DNA from: Nitrospirae bacterium MYbin3
GTDB lineage: Bacteria > Nitrospirota > Thermodesulfovibrionia > Thermodesulfovibrionales > Dissulfurispiraceae
Assembly: GCA_002753335.1 (NCBI GenBank)
Contig: PEAD01000018.1
Span: forward strand, 1 to 61,377
Reading direction: 5' to 3'
DNA length: 61,377 nucleotides
Shown here one piece after another: positions 39,739 to 49,305 of this stretch; position 1 is the stretch's first letter; each line of letters opens with the position of its first letter. A program made the translations under genes and the position numbers. The notes under the pieces were generated by a model that saw nothing but the letters and a program-made list of their open reading frames with translations, searched no databases and had not been told where the DNA came from.

Positions 39739-40945
39739 GATAGGTCTTTTAGCAGCAGTTGCCCTGTCGTTCTTTATTGGACAATGGTTCAGCTTATCCA
39801 TATCTGGTAAAGCTCCGGATGGAAAAAAATTGCTGAGGGATATGGCTCCGGACCTGAATTTTGGCCAGAAGAGCGGGATGCCGCTTCATTACGAATCTGA
39901 AGGCTATATCGCGTTCAACTCTTATGACCTGGTGCCGTCAATAAGAGGGTATGCAGGTCCGATAAAGCTGCTTGTGCTTATGGATAGAGAATCTTTTATA
40001 AGGGGCATAAAGATTATCGAACACAGAGAGACAAAGAACTATGTGCACTTTATGGAGTCGCCAGAATATATTGCAAAGCTGATAGGAAAGCATCCGGCTG
40101 AACCATTTCAGCAGGGCATGGACATTGATGCTATCAGTAGGGCCACTGTGAGTGTTGACGCCCTTGCCAAGACGCTCAAAGAATCTTCGAGGCTTGCAGC
40201 CTCAGGTGTTCTCGGAATTAATGTTAAAGACGTGGCAAGAGCAGGAGCATTTGATATTAGGCCATTTGTTTATGGCGTTTTTTTCATAGTTTCGTTAGCG
40301 GTTTATTTTGTTACGAGAAAGACCGCGAAATATCAGGTTGCTAGGGATATTTCTTTGGCAATGGGTATTGCGATATTGGGAATATATTTATCGAGTCCAT
40401 TTTCTGTGCTGCATCTGTTTTCTATTGTTCTTGGAGGATTCTCGTCATCGGCTCTTTTCTATGCGCTTATAATCAGCGTAGCTTTGTCGGTTATTGCTGC
40501 CGGAAGGTTTTATTGCGGATGGGTCTGTCCGTTTGGCGCACTCTGCGAATTTGTGGGCAGGCTGCCGGTGAGGAAATGGGAAGTATCTAAAAATATGGAT
40601 GAAAAATGGAGATTATTCAAATATATTATTTTGGGATTGGTTGCGGCGCTTGTTCTGATAAGCGGAAGGCTTGACTACGGAAACTACGAAGTTTATGTTA
40701 CGCTTTTTTCTTTTCACGGGAGTTTTCTTTCATGGGTGCTGGTATTCTTAATGCTCGCTGCCAATCTAAAGGTGAAGAGGTTTTGGTGCAGATATCTATG
40801 CCCGGTGGCTGCTCTGACAGGGCTTATATCAAGAGAGGATTCGGGCTATGTAAGCATAAATAACTGTCCGATGGGCAATCCAACGAACCCGCATATATCC
40901 GAATGTATAAGATGCAACAGGTGTTATAAAACAGGTAAATCATGA
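39725..40945 (+). CDS. FMN-binding domain + 4Fe-4S membrane protein (NosR/NirI-like architecture)
   Basis: GYAGPI, HRET, DAISRAT flavinylation-like motif; YCGWVCPFG, WCRYLCP, ECIRCNRC. Confidence 0.82.
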   Translation: MKRLRIGLLAAVALSFFIGQWFSLSISGKAPDGKKLLRDMAPDLNFGQKSGMPLHYESEGYIAFNSYDLVPSIRGYAGPIKLLVLMDRESFIRGIKIIEHRETKNYVHFMESPEYIAKLIGKHPAEPFQQGMDIDAISRATVSVDALAKTLKESSRLAASGVLGINVKDVARAGAFDIRPFVYGVFFIVSLAVYFVTRKTAKYQVARDISLAMGIAILGIYLSSPFSVLHLFSIVLGGFSSSALFYALIISVALSVIAAGRFYCGWVCPFGALCEFVGRLPVRKWEVSKNMDEKWRLFKYIILGLVAALVLISGRLDYGNYEVYVTLFSFHGSFLSWVLVFLMLAANLKVKRFWCRYLCPVAALTGLISREDSGYVSINNCPMGNPTNPHISECIRCNRCYKTGKS

Positions 40946-41142
40946 CCGACGACAAAAAAATCAGATTGCTGTTATTGATAAGCGCAATATTGACCGCGCT
41001 TATCATCTTTTACAATGTTTTTGAGGAGAGTATTGATATTGATATAGTCCGGTATCTTGATAGGCGGATTCATTACGAAAGTGTCATATCAAAGAAAGGC
41101 TTGAGCCTGCATGAGGCTAAGCATTGGCGAAAAAAGGAATAG
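40942..41142 (+). CDS. Small membrane protein
   Basis: ATGA overlap with the upstream gene; one TM helix. Confidence 0.6.
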   Translation: MTDDKKIRLLLLISAILTALIIFYNVFEESIDIDIVRYLDRRIHYESVISKKGLSLHEAKHWRKKE

Positions 41143-41205
41143 TGTGCGGTCTTGTTTTGAAACTGGGCATAGTTTTAAAATGAAAAGATAATGTGAGGGG
41201 GTGTT

Positions 41206-41412
41206 ATGGAATCTTATTTTACAAAAGAACAGCTTGCAAAATATCTTAAGATGAATGCTGCAGCGGTTGACCGTCTTGTGGAAAAAGGACAACTGGCCGG
41301 GATAATGACTCCCAAGAAAATTGTAATATTCAAAAAAAGCGAAGTTGATGCTTGGCTTGCAGAAAAGAAAAAAAAGATTAATACGATGATGGAGAGCGAA
41401 GAGATACTCTGA
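41206..41412 (+). CDS. Excisionase-like HTH (HTH_17) protein
   Basis: YFTKEQLAKYLKM...IFKKSEVDAWL; GAGG RBS. Confidence 0.75.
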   Translation: MESYFTKEQLAKYLKMNAAAVDRLVEKGQLAGIMTPKKIVIFKKSEVDAWLAEKKKKINTMMESEEIL

Positions 41413-43020
41413 TCACAAATACCACTGTGCCTTGTCCTGAGGTACATGCCAGCGTATAAAATCATGCCATATGCCGATTGGCGCTTTTTCAACACCTTTA
41501 AATCTTTTGTGGAGAACCGGCAATCCATCAGGCACAAAGAGAAAGAGATAGGGCTGTTCATCAACAATTATCTCATGTATCCGCCTGTAAATTTTTTCAC
41601 GCTTCTGTCTGTTGAATTCACTTCTGCCTTCAATCAGCAGGCTGTCAACCTCTTCATTCTTGTATGAAATGAAGTTGAATTCGCCTTCTTTTACTTTTGA
41701 GGAATGCCAGATGTCGAACATGTCAGGGTCTCTCGAAAGTGACCAACCCATAAGCACCGCCTCAAATTTTTTCTTGTCCACAAAGTCATGCAGCATTGCC
41801 TGCCATTCAAGCACTTTTATATTCATCGCTATGCCTACTTTTTTTAGCTGCTCTTTCATTATTTGTGCGGTTTTAAGTCTTGCCTCGTTGCCCTGATTTG
41901 TGATTATTGTAAAGGAGAAGCTTTTGCCGTTTTTCTCGAGCCTGCCGCTTCCGTTAAGCTTCCAGCCCGCTTCGGTCAGGAGTTTAAGGGCTTTGTCTGG
42001 ATTGTAATCATAATCCTTCACATTAGGGTTGTAAGCCCATGTTTCGGGGTGGAAAGGCCCTGTGCAGGGGGTGCCATAGCCGAGCTGCACTCCTGCTATG
42101 ATATCTTTTTTATTTACAGCATGGGCTATCGCTTTTCGTATCCTGATATCAGAGAAACGGGGATCGAGCATATTGAAGCCTAAATATGTGTATCCGAAAG
42201 CGGGATATCTGAACTTCTGAAAATAGCGGTTAAAGAAGTCTGTCTGAGCCTGAAGCTTGAACTGGGGAGGCGTAAGTCCCATGAAATCTATGCCTCCAAA
42301 TTTAAGTTCGAGGAACATGGTGGCGGTGTCCGGAATTATGCGTTTGATTATTCTATCAATTCGGGGACGCCCTTCAAAATATTCGTCAAAGGCTTCGAGT
42401 ACAATCTTTTGTCCGGTTACCCATTCTTTGAGCTTGTACGGCCCTGTTCCTATTGGATTGCGGTTTACGGCAGGTGAGGCGATGTCTTTGCCTTCGAGCA
42501 AGTGTTTTGGGATAATGCCCATGCCCCATGCTTCAAGGGCCGGCGCGTAAGAACTTTTGTATTTTACTTTGACGGTGTATTTGTCGGCAGCCTCAACTTT
42601 ATCAACAGGTCCGTAGTTGCTGGCATAAGGCGTAGGCACTTTAGGGTTTGTAACGGTCTGATAAGTGAACAAAACATCCGCTGATGTGAACTCAGTTCTG
42701 TCATGCCATTTGACGCCGCGTCTTAGGTGGAATATTATTGTCAGTCCATCTGCAGACACATCCCACGATTCTGCAAGGTCTCCGATGAGTTTTATGTTTT
42801 TGTCATATTTTGTCAGCCCGTTAAATATTTGGCCGCTTATCTCGGCCGAAGATGAATCTGAGGCAAGAAGCGGCAACAGTCTTTTTGCATCGACCGCCAT
42901 CCCAATTGTGATGGTGTTGGTATGTTTTATTTCGGGCTCGCGGGCACAGGCTGAAAACAGCAAAATTAGAAGTATGACCGCAATTTTTAGGTTTGCCTTC
43001 TGGCGTTGAAACACCGGCAC
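41413..43020 (-). CDS. Peptide ABC transporter substrate-binding lipoprotein (family 5)
   Basis: Lipobox FSAC; DLAESW, LRRGVKWHD, PIGTGPYK. Confidence 0.92.
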   Translation of the reverse strand: MPVFQRQKANLKIAVILLILLFSACAREPEIKHTNTITIGMAVDAKRLLPLLASDSSSAEISGQIFNGLTKYDKNIKLIGDLAESWDVSADGLTIIFHLRRGVKWHDRTEFTSADVLFTYQTVTNPKVPTPYASNYGPVDKVEAADKYTVKVKYKSSYAPALEAWGMGIIPKHLLEGKDIASPAVNRNPIGTGPYKLKEWVTGQKIVLEAFDEYFEGRPRIDRIIKRIIPDTATMFLELKFGGIDFMGLTPPQFKLQAQTDFFNRYFQKFRYPAFGYTYLGFNMLDPRFSDIRIRKAIAHAVNKKDIIAGVQLGYGTPCTGPFHPETWAYNPNVKDYDYNPDKALKLLTEAGWKLNGSGRLEKNGKSFSFTIITNQGNEARLKTAQIMKEQLKKVGIAMNIKVLEWQAMLHDFVDKKKFEAVLMGWSLSRDPDMFDIWHSSKVKEGEFNFISYKNEEVDSLLIEGRSEFNRQKREKIYRRIHEIIVDEQPYLFLFVPDGLPVLHKRFKGVEKAPIGIWHDFIRWHVPQDKAQWYL

Positions 43021-43031
43021 AGACTTGCCGG

Positions 43032-43382
43032 TTATTTGCCGGCAGGCTGCTGAGGTATAGGTGTGTTTTGCTGCTGAATAGGCTGAGCAGGCAACTGCTG
43101 CTGAGGTATCGCCTTGTTCTGGTCTGCCGGTACCGTCTGTTTTATAACCGAGGTTCCTTTAGATGTAGCCATAGTAAGTGTAAGTGAAGTGAGCATAAAT
43201 ATAACTGCTGCAATGGTTGTCATTTTGCTTAGAAAAGTTGCTGCACCTCTGCTGCCGAATAGTGTTTGGCTCGATCCGCCGAAAGCTGCGCCTATGTCAG
43301 CACCTTTGCCGCCTTGAACGAGCACGACAAGTATAAGAAAAACAGAGGCAATAATATGTAATATCATCAGAAAAGTCGCCAT
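43032..43382 (-). CDS. secG: Preprotein translocase subunit SecG
   Basis: VVLVQGGKGADIGAAFGG; tpiA-secG synteny. Confidence 0.95.
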   Translation of the reverse strand: MATFLMILHIIASVFLILVVLVQGGKGADIGAAFGGSSQTLFGSRGAATFLSKMTTIAAVIFMLTSLTLTMATSKGTSVIKQTVPADQNKAIPQQQLPAQPIQQQNTPIPQQPAGK

Positions 43383-43383
43383 T

Positions 43384-44130
43384 TTATACCCTCTTGAAAG
43401 TTACTATTTTTGCAAAACTGTCTGCTTTCATGCTTGCCCCTCCTACCAGACCTCCGTCAACGTCAGGGCAGGACATCAAAGCGTCTATGTTTTCTGGCGT
43501 TACGCTGCCGCCGTACAATATGCGTATTTCTTGAGCCTTATCGGAGTATAGAGAAGCAAGTCTTTCTCTAATGTACTTATGGGTATCTTGTGCCTGCTCC
43601 GGGGTGGCAGTTTTTCCGGTGCCTATAGCCCAGATAGGCTCATAGGCGACTACAAGTCCTTCGCAAGCGATATCTTTCAGGCCATTATCTATTTCCCTCT
43701 TAAGCACTTCGAAGGTTTTTCCTGATTCACGTTCATCAAGCGATTCTCCGATGCAGAAAATTACTTTAAGGTTGTGGCGTAGAGCTGCCTTCACTTTTTT
43801 GTTGAGAATTTCGTCGTTTTCACCGAAATACTGCCGTCTCTCTGAATGTCCTAATATCACATATTCACATCCGGCGTCAGTAATCATTCCGGGAGCGGTT
43901 TCTCCTGTATAAGCGCCTTTGTCCTCATAAAAGATATTTTGAGCCGCCAGCTTTATATTAGTGCCTTTTAGCATGCCGGAAGCTGTCTGCAAAGATATAA
44001 AAGGTGGTGCCAATACAATATCAGCATCATTCACAGCCTTGACCAAGGGTATAAATTCAGTAATAAAGGACTGAGTCTCTGCGACTGTCTTGTTCATCTT
44101 CCAGTTGGCTGCAAGAAATGGTTTTCTCAT
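43384..44130 (-). CDS. tpiA: Triosephosphate isomerase
   Basis: AANWKMN, GHSERR, AYEPIWAIGTG, LVGGAS; start at 44130. Confidence 0.97.
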   Translation of the reverse strand: MRKPFLAANWKMNKTVAETQSFITEFIPLVKAVNDADIVLAPPFISLQTASGMLKGTNIKLAAQNIFYEDKGAYTGETAPGMITDAGCEYVILGHSERRQYFGENDEILNKKVKAALRHNLKVIFCIGESLDERESGKTFEVLKREIDNGLKDIACEGLVVAYEPIWAIGTGKTATPEQAQDTHKYIRERLASLYSDKAQEIRILYGGSVTPENIDALMSCPDVDGGLVGGASMKADSFAKIVTFKRV

Positions 44131-44196
44131 AAGTGAATATACTAAAGTAAAGGTGGTCATACTGTCAAGGTCACGAATTGAATTAACTTTGAATTT

Positions 44197-44212
44197 TATG
44201 ATAGAAATCATA
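44197..44212. promoter_or_regulatory. Crp/Fnr-type palindrome
   Basis: TATGAT-AGAA-ATCATA upstream of the DUF1858 operon. Confidence 0.55.
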
Positions 44213-44304
44213 GCGCAGACAGTTTTTTATTAGTTAAACTGAAAGCATAGAGCCACGGACAAAGTCTACCGCGGTTGAAATAAAAATAGGAGGTTTATAC
44301 AATT

Positions 44305-44502
44305 ATGAAGGTTACCAAGGACACTGTTATCGGCGATGTAATCAAGGACAATCCATCTGCAACAAAAGTTATCGAGAAGTATTTTGGCAACGGTTGTTTT
44401 ACCTGTGCCGGGATTAAGGTCGAGTCTCTCGCGTTCGGCGCTATGATGCACAATTTAGATGTTAATAAAATAGTCGAAGAAATAAACGCTCTGGAGGAAT
44501 AA
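44305..44502 (+). CDS. DUF1858 domain protein
   Basis: VTKDTVIGDVI...GCFTC...ESLAFGAMMHNLD; AGGAGG RBS. Confidence 0.85.
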   Translation: MKVTKDTVIGDVIKDNPSATKVIEKYFGNGCFTCAGIKVESLAFGAMMHNLDVNKIVEEINALEE

Positions 44503-44503
44503 T

Positions 44504-44632
44504 ATGGAACCCAAATGTTTTGTTTGCTCAACTGACAAAAAGGATGCGACTTATCTCAAATGCATACACGAAGGAAAAGAAAAGTATGTATGCGTAAGGT
44601 GCCTGCCGATTCTTATACACGGGGCGCATTAA
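44504..44632 (+). CDS. 42-aa CxxC...CxxC microprotein (not in the ORF track)
   Basis: MEPKCFVCSTDKKDATYLKCIHEGKEKYVCVRCLPILIHGAH; GGAGGA RBS; starts 1 nt after the upstream stop. Confidence 0.75.
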   Translation: MEPKCFVCSTDKKDATYLKCIHEGKEKYVCVRCLPILIHGAH

Positions 44633-44684
44633 GTTTATCTCAGGTCGGCCTAGGCCGGCCAACATTTCGGTATAGGAGAACATA

Positions 44685-45092
44685 ATGGATAAATTCGTAA
44701 AAAACTTTATAGGTGTCAGCATCCTCTATCTGATCCTCTCGTCTGTGATAGGGATTTTGATGCTGGCGTATCCGCAACTTACGACGCTTAAGTTTGTTCA
44801 TTCTCATCTGAACATGCTCGGATGGGTTTCAATGATGATATACGGTGTGGGGTATCACATATTGCCACGTTTTGTCGGAAAGAAACTTAAGAGCAACCGT
44901 CTCGGCGAGATTCAGTTTTGGCTGGCTAATATAGGGCTTGTTGGAATGTTGGGGGCTTATTCTATCGGGCAGTACAATACCGACCCTCTATACAAGACGC
45001 TGACTGTGTTTTTTGGTGTTGTTGAGGCGGTCTCTATCGCGTTTTTCTTTTACAATATGATAGCTACACTGTTTGCTGAGGATGCGGCATAG
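44685..45092 (+). CDS. 4-TM membrane protein resembling a fragment of heme-copper oxidase subunit I
   Basis: HSHLNMLGWVSMMIYGVGYHILPRF motif. Confidence 0.7.
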   Translation: MDKFVKNFIGVSILYLILSSVIGILMLAYPQLTTLKFVHSHLNMLGWVSMMIYGVGYHILPRFVGKKLKSNRLGEIQFWLANIGLVGMLGAYSIGQYNTDPLYKTLTVFFGVVEAVSIAFFFYNMIATLFAEDAA

Positions 45093-45124
45093 ATGCGAAT
45101 GACAAATTTTTTCATGTTTTTTGT

Positions 45125-45154
45125 TTGACAAAATAAGCTATTGTAGGTTACTTT
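45125..45154 (+). promoter_or_regulatory. sigma70 promoter of the tRNA gene
   Basis: TTGACA-18 nt-TACTTT, 7 nt before the tRNA. Confidence 0.6.
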
Positions 45155-45161
45155 AAACGTC

Positions 45162-45238
<77 letters not shown>

Positions 45239-45264
45239 AAAAAATGATGGAAATTCAAATAGAT

Positions 45265-45302
45265 AGGGCTGTCGGGCTAAAAAACTCGATAGCCCTTATT
45301 TT
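45265..45302 (+). terminator. Intrinsic terminator after the tRNA
   Basis: AGGGCTGTCGGG...CTCGATAGCCCT stem followed by TATTTT. Confidence 0.6.
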
Positions 45303-45305
45303 GTC

Positions 45306-45327
45306 AACAGGACAGTAACAGGACAGT
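45306..45327. repeat. Tandem direct repeat AACAGGACAGT x2
   Basis: Exact 11-bp duplication about 70 bp downstream of the tRNA. Confidence 0.7.
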
Positions 45328-45358
45328 AGCTAAAAAATGTAACTTTACTGCTAAAAAG

Positions 45359-45670
45359 ATGGATAAAGAAAAAATAATCAAAAACGCCGATGACACACCA
45401 ATAGTTTCTTTGGACAAAGAAAGCCTCGAAGATTTTATGGATGAGGTCTATGTCAAAGAAGAAGGCGTGATTTTAGAATTTGATCACGAAACCAAAACCG
45501 GAAAACTCAGATCGTTAAAAGATGGCAGCATATATAATATCGATGTTAGAGAGTTGGTAAGAACAAAAATCGAGCTTAGATCGGGAGACAAGGTTCTCTT
45601 TGCTCCGATAGAGGACCTTGAAGGCATGGACTACGCAAGAGTTGTAAGTATAGTTGAGTTGAATGCCTGA
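45359..45670 (+). CDS. Hypothetical protein with cold-shock-like OB-fold pattern
   Basis: GVILEFDHETKTGKL...LRSGDKVLF strand pattern; lacks aromatic RNP residues. Confidence 0.55.
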   Translation: MDKEKIIKNADDTPIVSLDKESLEDFMDEVYVKEEGVILEFDHETKTGKLRSLKDGSIYNIDVRELVRTKIELRSGDKVLFAPIEDLEGMDYARVVSIVELNA

Positions 45671-46031
45671 TCTTCTAATTTCCTAATTAATAATATCACT
45701 CCTAACCTTCTGTGATAATTGCTCACAGAAATTGTTATCAATGAAGTGGTGACAGCCTATCAAAATTTCTTTTCAAAATTTGTAGTCTCTAAAAAATATC
45801 GGCATCGGTTTTTTGACGATTAAGATTTTACGGCCCAATTTATCCGTTAGAAATTATTGATAGAAATATTGATTGCTAAGCAGCGGAAAGGATACAGTTT
45901 AGTCTCTTGCTGCTTGGATGCGAATGCCTTCTACCTATACTCACTAACAGCATCTCTCCAATTCTGCGAATTACCACTTATAACTTGCAATATTATGAAT
46001 GCCTTGAAAATAAGGCTAAAGACAAGCTAAT

Positions 46032-47936
46032 TTACATCATCCTCATTCCAAAGTCACCGCTTAAATGTTTCTGCAATTTCCCGGCTTGTCGCAGTGCTTC
46101 TAGAAAAAACTTCCTGTCCAGATTATTCAGATCATAAGGATTAATCCTGTTATGCAGCTTTCCGCAATTAAGTTTAAGTTCGTATTGCTGACGTATCCTA
46201 AGCGATTGAAGGAATGAAAATGAGTCGGCCCAAGCATTAACCTCGCTTTGAGGCCATTTTTTAATATCTCCTGCAGCTATAAGGCGCTGCTTTGTATTGC
46301 TGCGTGTGACCCCGTTAGCAAGTGCGTAAACACGAGCTGCGTCCACAAATAGAGTTATACAGCTGTTTTTGAGATCAAGCGAGTTCGGGCAGTCCTCATG
46401 TTCTTCCACAACAAAGTCTCTAAATAGCCCAACAGGCGGAGTCCGCTCTAGAGCGTTTTGCACAAGCATATGAAAAAAACGATTCTGTCCTATGCATATA
46501 TCGGCAAGCCAGGTCCTAAGCCTGTCCGAAAGCTCCGGATTTCCGGCAAATGGTCTAAAGTCGAAAAAGATTGAAGCATTCAACAATGCCTCTGGAGTGG
46601 GTACGGATATCCAGCGTTGAAAGCGTTTCTGCCATTCCGAAAAACTTAGACAGCATTCTGGATTGCTGGCCATAATATTTCCTTTGCAAAGAGGGAACCC
46701 CACCTCATCCAAAGACTTGTTTACTCTCTGTGCATAAGGCAGCAGGCGCTCACGCACCTGATCAGAAGTTGTTCCTTCCGGAGCCTCGAATATTATCCCG
46801 TTGTCCTGATCGGTTGTAAGCGTCTGTTCAAAACGCCCTTCACTGCCGAAGGCTACCCAGCATATATTAATATCGTCTATCTCTACGCCCTTTTTCTCTA
46901 TTTCAAGTACCCTGCATACTATCTGATCGTTAAGAGATGAAATTATTTGGGTAATCTGGTCTGCGGTGACACCTTGGACAAGCATATTTTCTGCCAGTAA
47001 ATGCACGTCACGATGGCACTCTTTGAGCCATTCTATTGTGTCTGCAGTGTTTATTTGGTTTGTAATTTGGCTTAATGAGACCCTCTGGAGATTAAAGAGA
47101 TCCCTCTCTGTGACTATTCCTGCCAGTTTTCCGTTTTCCTCGAGTATCAGATGATGAAAGCCGTCTTTAGCCAATAAGAGAGCCGCCTCATAACCTAGAG
47201 CCGATACAGGGAGTGTCTCCGGACTTGGCGTCATCACTTGTTCAATAGGGGCATTAAGATCACCGCCTGACACCACAACCTTCCGAAGAAGATCACGCAT
47301 GGTAAATATGCCGAGAGGTTTTCGATCCTTATCTATGATAATAGCAGCATCCTCGTTGTGTTCGTACATTAAAGCGACTACAGTGCGCACAGAATCTCCG
47401 AAGTGAGCAACTGTTGGATTAGGCCGCATAAGAAGCATTAGCGGCTGGCTTAGCCGCTGCTGATCATCGCTCTGATGGGAAAAATGGAGACGATAAACCC
47501 TTCGTGACTGCTCCAGAAAGCTTTGAGACCGGTACTTGCAGAACTCCGAAAATACTGTGCTCATATTTTTAAACTGTTCGAAGTCTTTCTTCTTCAGCAC
47601 ATAGCAGATGGTATCCCCCTTTGATCTAAAGGTAGAAAACACAGGTCTGTTTTCCTCAAGCGCTTCCAGCGGAAAGCTTTCCCCATCAACAAGTTCGGCC
47701 AGTATCTTTAGGTTATCGGCAGTACTTGCGACCGCTTCCAGCTGCACTATTCCTGAGGATATGAAGTAGAGCGAATCGCTCATGCCGCCAGGGGTAAGGA
47801 TTGGTGTGCCGTCGGAGATTACAATTTCCTCCATCCTGTCCGAAAGCCACACAAGATGTTCTTCCGCTATGCGGTCAAAAGGACGCCTGCGGCGCAATTC
47901 AGCTATAAATTTAGTTCCTGACCCGTTGTTTCCCAT
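46032..47936 (-). CDS. cNMP-binding + CBS pair + DUF294 nucleotidyltransferase protein
   Basis: GSEGRFEQTLTTDQDNG, CKGNIMASNP, IFFDFR; CBS motifs GIFTMRDL and GIVTERDL. Confidence 0.92.
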   Translation of the reverse strand: MGNNGSGTKFIAELRRRRPFDRIAEEHLVWLSDRMEEIVISDGTPILTPGGMSDSLYFISSGIVQLEAVASTADNLKILAELVDGESFPLEALEENRPVFSTFRSKGDTICYVLKKKDFEQFKNMSTVFSEFCKYRSQSFLEQSRRVYRLHFSHQSDDQQRLSQPLMLLMRPNPTVAHFGDSVRTVVALMYEHNEDAAIIIDKDRKPLGIFTMRDLLRKVVVSGGDLNAPIEQVMTPSPETLPVSALGYEAALLLAKDGFHHLILEENGKLAGIVTERDLFNLQRVSLSQITNQINTADTIEWLKECHRDVHLLAENMLVQGVTADQITQIISSLNDQIVCRVLEIEKKGVEIDDINICWVAFGSEGRFEQTLTTDQDNGIIFEAPEGTTSDQVRERLLPYAQRVNKSLDEVGFPLCKGNIMASNPECCLSFSEWQKRFQRWISVPTPEALLNASIFFDFRPFAGNPELSDRLRTWLADICIGQNRFFHMLVQNALERTPPVGLFRDFVVEEHEDCPNSLDLKNSCITLFVDAARVYALANGVTRSNTKQRLIAAGDIKKWPQSEVNAWADSFSFLQSLRIRQQYELKLNCGKLHNRINPYDLNNLDRKFFLEALRQAGKLQKHLSGDFGMRMM

Positions 47937-48041
47937 AATTCTCCCTATCCTAAAATCGTATTTTATTTAAATCTAAAGATTCGCTATTTCTACCACCCAG
48001 CCCTGATTGTCAACCTATCTCCCATTTTGCGAACTTAATAT

Positions 48042-48812
48042 TCATACCCTCTTTGAATAAGTTGATACTGATTTCATAACCTGCGCAAACTCATCCTTAG
48101 CATTCAAAGCGTCAAACAAGAACTTGGTGTCATTTATTAAATTGACCGAAGCATTGATCGCCTTTTCGATATCCTCATCAGGTCTCGTCGAAATCCTGCC
48201 ATGTCCAGGATAGAGTTCATTTATTTTGAGTTTGCTTAGTTGCTTCAACGTCAAAACGTAGTCACTGATATTGCCGGATGGAAAAATTCCGCCGAGAGTT
48301 CCTCCGGCAAATATAGTATCTCCGGTAAAAAGAACCCTGCTTGTTGGTTCATACAGGCAGATTGCTCCTGAACAATGCCCTGGAGTATGCAGAACCTGCA
48401 ACACACATCCTCCAAGGTCTATAATAGTGCCATGGTGCAGATGAATGTCTATATGAAAATCATCCACAGAATGACTGAATGCCTTGCTCATAAGAACAAA
48501 CTCATCTTGCAGCTCTACTTTGTTTGCGGCTAAGCTGTGCGCCGCAATGATTGTCCCTGCTGAGAAATACGGGACTCCACCTATATGATCTATATGTTCA
48601 TGCGTAAGAATTACAATGTTAATGTCTCGTTTTGATAATCCAAGCTCCTGCAATTGTTGTTCAATCAGTTCACTCTCGGACGGCAGTCCTGAGTCAATCA
48701 GAATATTTCTCTTTTTCCCACGTATCAAGTATATTTTGCATTTTGCATTTAACTGGAAAATATTTTCCTTTAATTGAACAGGCGCTTTAGCGTTTGTGCT
48801 TTCAGCTATCAT
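48042..48812 (-). CDS. Metallo-beta-lactamase-fold hydrolase
   Basis: THEHIDHIGG, HTPGHC, FTGD, PGHG. Confidence 0.92.
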   Translation of the reverse strand: MIAESTNAKAPVQLKENIFQLNAKCKIYLIRGKKRNILIDSGLPSESELIEQQLQELGLSKRDINIVILTHEHIDHIGGVPYFSAGTIIAAHSLAANKVELQDEFVLMSKAFSHSVDDFHIDIHLHHGTIIDLGGCVLQVLHTPGHCSGAICLYEPTSRVLFTGDTIFAGGTLGGIFPSGNISDYVLTLKQLSKLKINELYPGHGRISTRPDEDIEKAINASVNLINDTKFLFDALNAKDEFAQVMKSVSTYSKRV

Positions 48813-48838
48813 ATCAATTCGTTCCTTTCGAAAATTAC

Positions 48839-49225
48839 CTATGGTCTGTCAGCTATCTGCTGCCTGAATCGCAGGCTAAGTGTCTTTATAAGCGTCAGTG
48901 CAAAAGCAGGCTGCTGCCCGACAATGTACACAAAAAGAGATTGATCAATTTCGAGGATGATTGTGTTGTCTTCAGCTGCTACTGCGGTTGCGGAGCGGGG
49001 CAGATTATCTACCAGCGCCATTTCACCAAAGATACTGCCTTTATCCAATACCGCAAAAATCTTATTCTCGCCTCAATTCCTTCTTGAAATGTTAACTTTT
49101 CCCCGGCTGACTACATACATATGAGAGCCAATACTTCCCTCCTCGAATATCACATCACCCATCATATATGTTTTGCTGAACTTATCAAGTAAAACCGGCT
49201 CATATGGTGTTTCTTCACTACCCAT
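48839..49225 (-). pseudogene. Stand-alone cyclic nucleotide-binding domain gene with an in-frame TGA
   Basis: ATG 49225 with AAGGAG RBS: MGSEETPYEPVLLDKFSKTYMMGDVIFEEGSIGSHMYVVSRGKVNISRRN*GENKIFAVLDKGSIFGEMALVDNLPRSATA...; TGA at 49073-49075. Confidence 0.8.
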
Positions 49226-49305
49226 CAAATGTTCTCCTTTTTAGTTACCCGATTCTCATGGTTGTATCTGAGAAGATATCGTTAGAGGATTCAGCAACTT
49301 GCAAG

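Noticed and set aside
41206..41412. Excisionase marking a prophage
   Set aside because: No adjacent integrase or phage genes; stand-alone HTH_17 proteins are common
44131..44211. N-terminal extension of TpiA in the ORF track
   Set aside because: Homology begins at MRKPF and the extension contains the TTGACA/-10 promoter
49030..49075. Selenocysteine codon with SECIS
   Set aside because: Downstream hairpins are weak and G-U rich, and the position is not a known catalytic Cys site
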